A stretch of 62,522 bases of DNA, counting the filler, from Chiloscyllium plagiosum (lineage: Eukaryota): assembly GCF_004010195.1 (NCBI RefSeq). It is 3 parts of one record of this genome, joined end to end, with 100 filler letters (N's around TTAATTAATTAA, not from the genome) between each part and the next. Parts side by side here need not be neighbours in the genome. Positions count along the whole stretch, not along the records: positions 42,167 to 62,522 come from NC_057716.1; 2 more parts are not named here. The stretch is one strand, 5' to 3'. Position numbers and translations under genes: made by a program. The notes below the pieces were generated by a model. That model saw only the letters and a list, made by a program, of their open reading frames with translations, was not told the origin of the DNA and made no database searches. Shown here piece by piece: positions 60,765 to 62,522 of this stretch. Every line of letters starts with the position of its first letter. Position 1 is the stretch's first letter.

Positions 60765-62522
60765 GGAGCTCAGGGAGTTAGGCTGGAAGCTAAAAGCTAG
60801 GACAGACAGAGTCGTCATCTCTGGGTTGTTGCCGGTGCCACGTGACAGTGAGGCAAGGAATAGGGAGAGAGTGCAGTTGAACACGTGGCTGCAAGGATGG
60901 TGTAGGAGGGAGGATTGTTTCTGATTTCTGAATGATTCGAATCACGTCCAGTGCACGTGGGAATTGTACAAAAAGAAATGTGTGCACTTTAACTGGAGGG
61001 GTGCCAACATCCTGAAAGGAAGGTATGTTCGTGCAGATTTAAGCTAATGATACAGGAGGCTGGGAAGCAAAGCAGCAGATCAGAAACTGAGCAGAAAGTA
61101 AAGGTTTATCGTATAAACAGGCAGAGCCAGTTAAATGACCATGCTGAGGGAAGGAATCATAACAATTCTAAAAGTCTGAAAGTGGTCTCATCATTAAACT
61201 GTAAACTTTCCTATTTCTAAATGTGTTTCGTTTTAACGTATTTCAAGATTTATAATCCCTCCAGAAAAGGGTGATGTTGATGCAGAGGTTTGTTTTGTGA
61301 TCCAGGTTCTCCGTTCCTCGTGCTTCAGTTTCGCAGTCTGTTCATTGAAATAATACACTGCTTTCCCATTCAACTCGCCAAAGTGCTCAAACACAGATAC
61401 ATTTTCCCAACTATGATCCAAAGACCAATATTTCGAAATATCAAAGAACAAAGAAAATTTACAGCTCAGGAACAGGCCCTTCGGCCCTCCAAACCTGAGC
61501 CAATCCAAATGTACTGTCTAAACTTGTTGCCCAATTCCTAAGTATCTGCATCACTCTGCTCCCCACGCATCATAAAATAATCTACTGTGCCTGCCTCTGC
61601 CACCTCTGCTGGCAACGTGTTCCAGACACCCACCATCCACCACCCAATGAAGCAATTGCCATGTGTATCCCCCTTAAACTTTTCAACTCTCACCTTGAAA
61701 GCGTGACCTCTCGTCATTGAATCCTTCACCCTGGGTAAAAGATTATCTCCATCTATCCTGTCGATATCCTTCATGATTTTGTAAACCTCAATCAGGACCC
61801 CTTCAATCTCCTTTCTTCTACTGAAAACAAACCTAACTTACTCAACCTCTCTTCACAGCTAACACCTTCCATATCGGGCAACATCCATTTAACCCTTCTC
61901 TGCAACCTCTCCGGTGGCTATTCCTCTATCAAAATTATTATCAAATTTTAGAACTGCTGAAAGGGATTGTCGCTCTGAGGAAAATGGCAGAGCATTCAAT
62001 TGTTGGATATTTGGGATGATTCTCATGTTCGACAGCTTTAGAGAAGATTTAGAAGAATTATTACTACATTGTACTCTTCTTTCAGGGGCATCAACAGGAG
62101 ATTCTGTGGCAGTGACCACAGATTTAGGATGGTTTGTTGCTTTCCCTGTGCTAGGATTAAGAACGTCTCGAAACATTTCAAGAACATTGTTAAAGGGGAG
62201 ATTGAGCAGTCAAAAGTTATACTACATATTGGTAGGAATGATATTTTTAGGGAAAGATTAAAGCAGTACAGAGTGAATGCAAGAGGTGAGTTCGAAGATG
62301 AGAAATAAAACCTTAAAAGTAGTAATTTCTGGTTTACTCCCAATGCCAAACTGAACCGAGAGGGAGCAAAAGGCTAAAGGAGAAAAATCGATAGCTGAAG
62401 AGCTACTGTGTTGTTGAAGGATTTAGATTTTTGGGAGATTGGAATCTATTTTAAAATAGAAATGACCTGATCAGAAAGGTTTGGTCTAAGCTAAACTGGA
62501 AAGCAACCAATATCTTAGCAGG
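60765..62522. mobile_element. CR1 ORF1 esterase fragments (+, ~60765-61050 and ~62090-62522) and a CR1 3' fragment (-, ~61440-61915)
   Basis: VVISGLLPVPRDSEARNRERVQLNTWL; VCCFPCARIKNV...LHIGRND; TRGHAFKVR. Confidence 0.8.

Overview
Eukaryotic, repeat-dense genomic DNA from a shark (elasmobranch), judged from HE1-type SINEs and HER1/CR1 LINEs; the exact species cannot be read from the sequence. The window is three scaffold pieces joined by artificial 100-nt linkers (44 N + TTAATTAATTAA + 44 N at 23485-23584 and 42067-42166). Five host exons are recognisable. Piece 1 holds the terminal coding exon of desmin (942-983, +). Piece 2 holds two late exons of an SLC4 anion exchanger, most like SLC4A3 (40643-40812 and 25985-26158, -). 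Piece 3 holds two early exons of aspartyl aminopeptidase DNPEP (52158-52246 and 57764-57877, +). These three genes are neighbours on human 2q35. The rest is mainly nested non-LTR retroelements (CR1/HER1, Rex1/Babar-like, an older CR1/L2-group LINE, two SINE families), two minisatellites and many Penelope-like element (PLE) remnants. Three observations stand out. (1) At least three PLE-associated families of minimal hammerhead ribozyme motifs occur, with palindromic helix III; many sit in short fold-back insertions with 12-17 bp target-site duplications. (2) Four inverted, locally templated insertions lie inside retroelements. (3) A 17-bp minisatellite starts exactly at an SLC4A3 splice donor and repeats the GTGAGT donor hexamer roughly 100 times. 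All calls are by eye; no searches were run.
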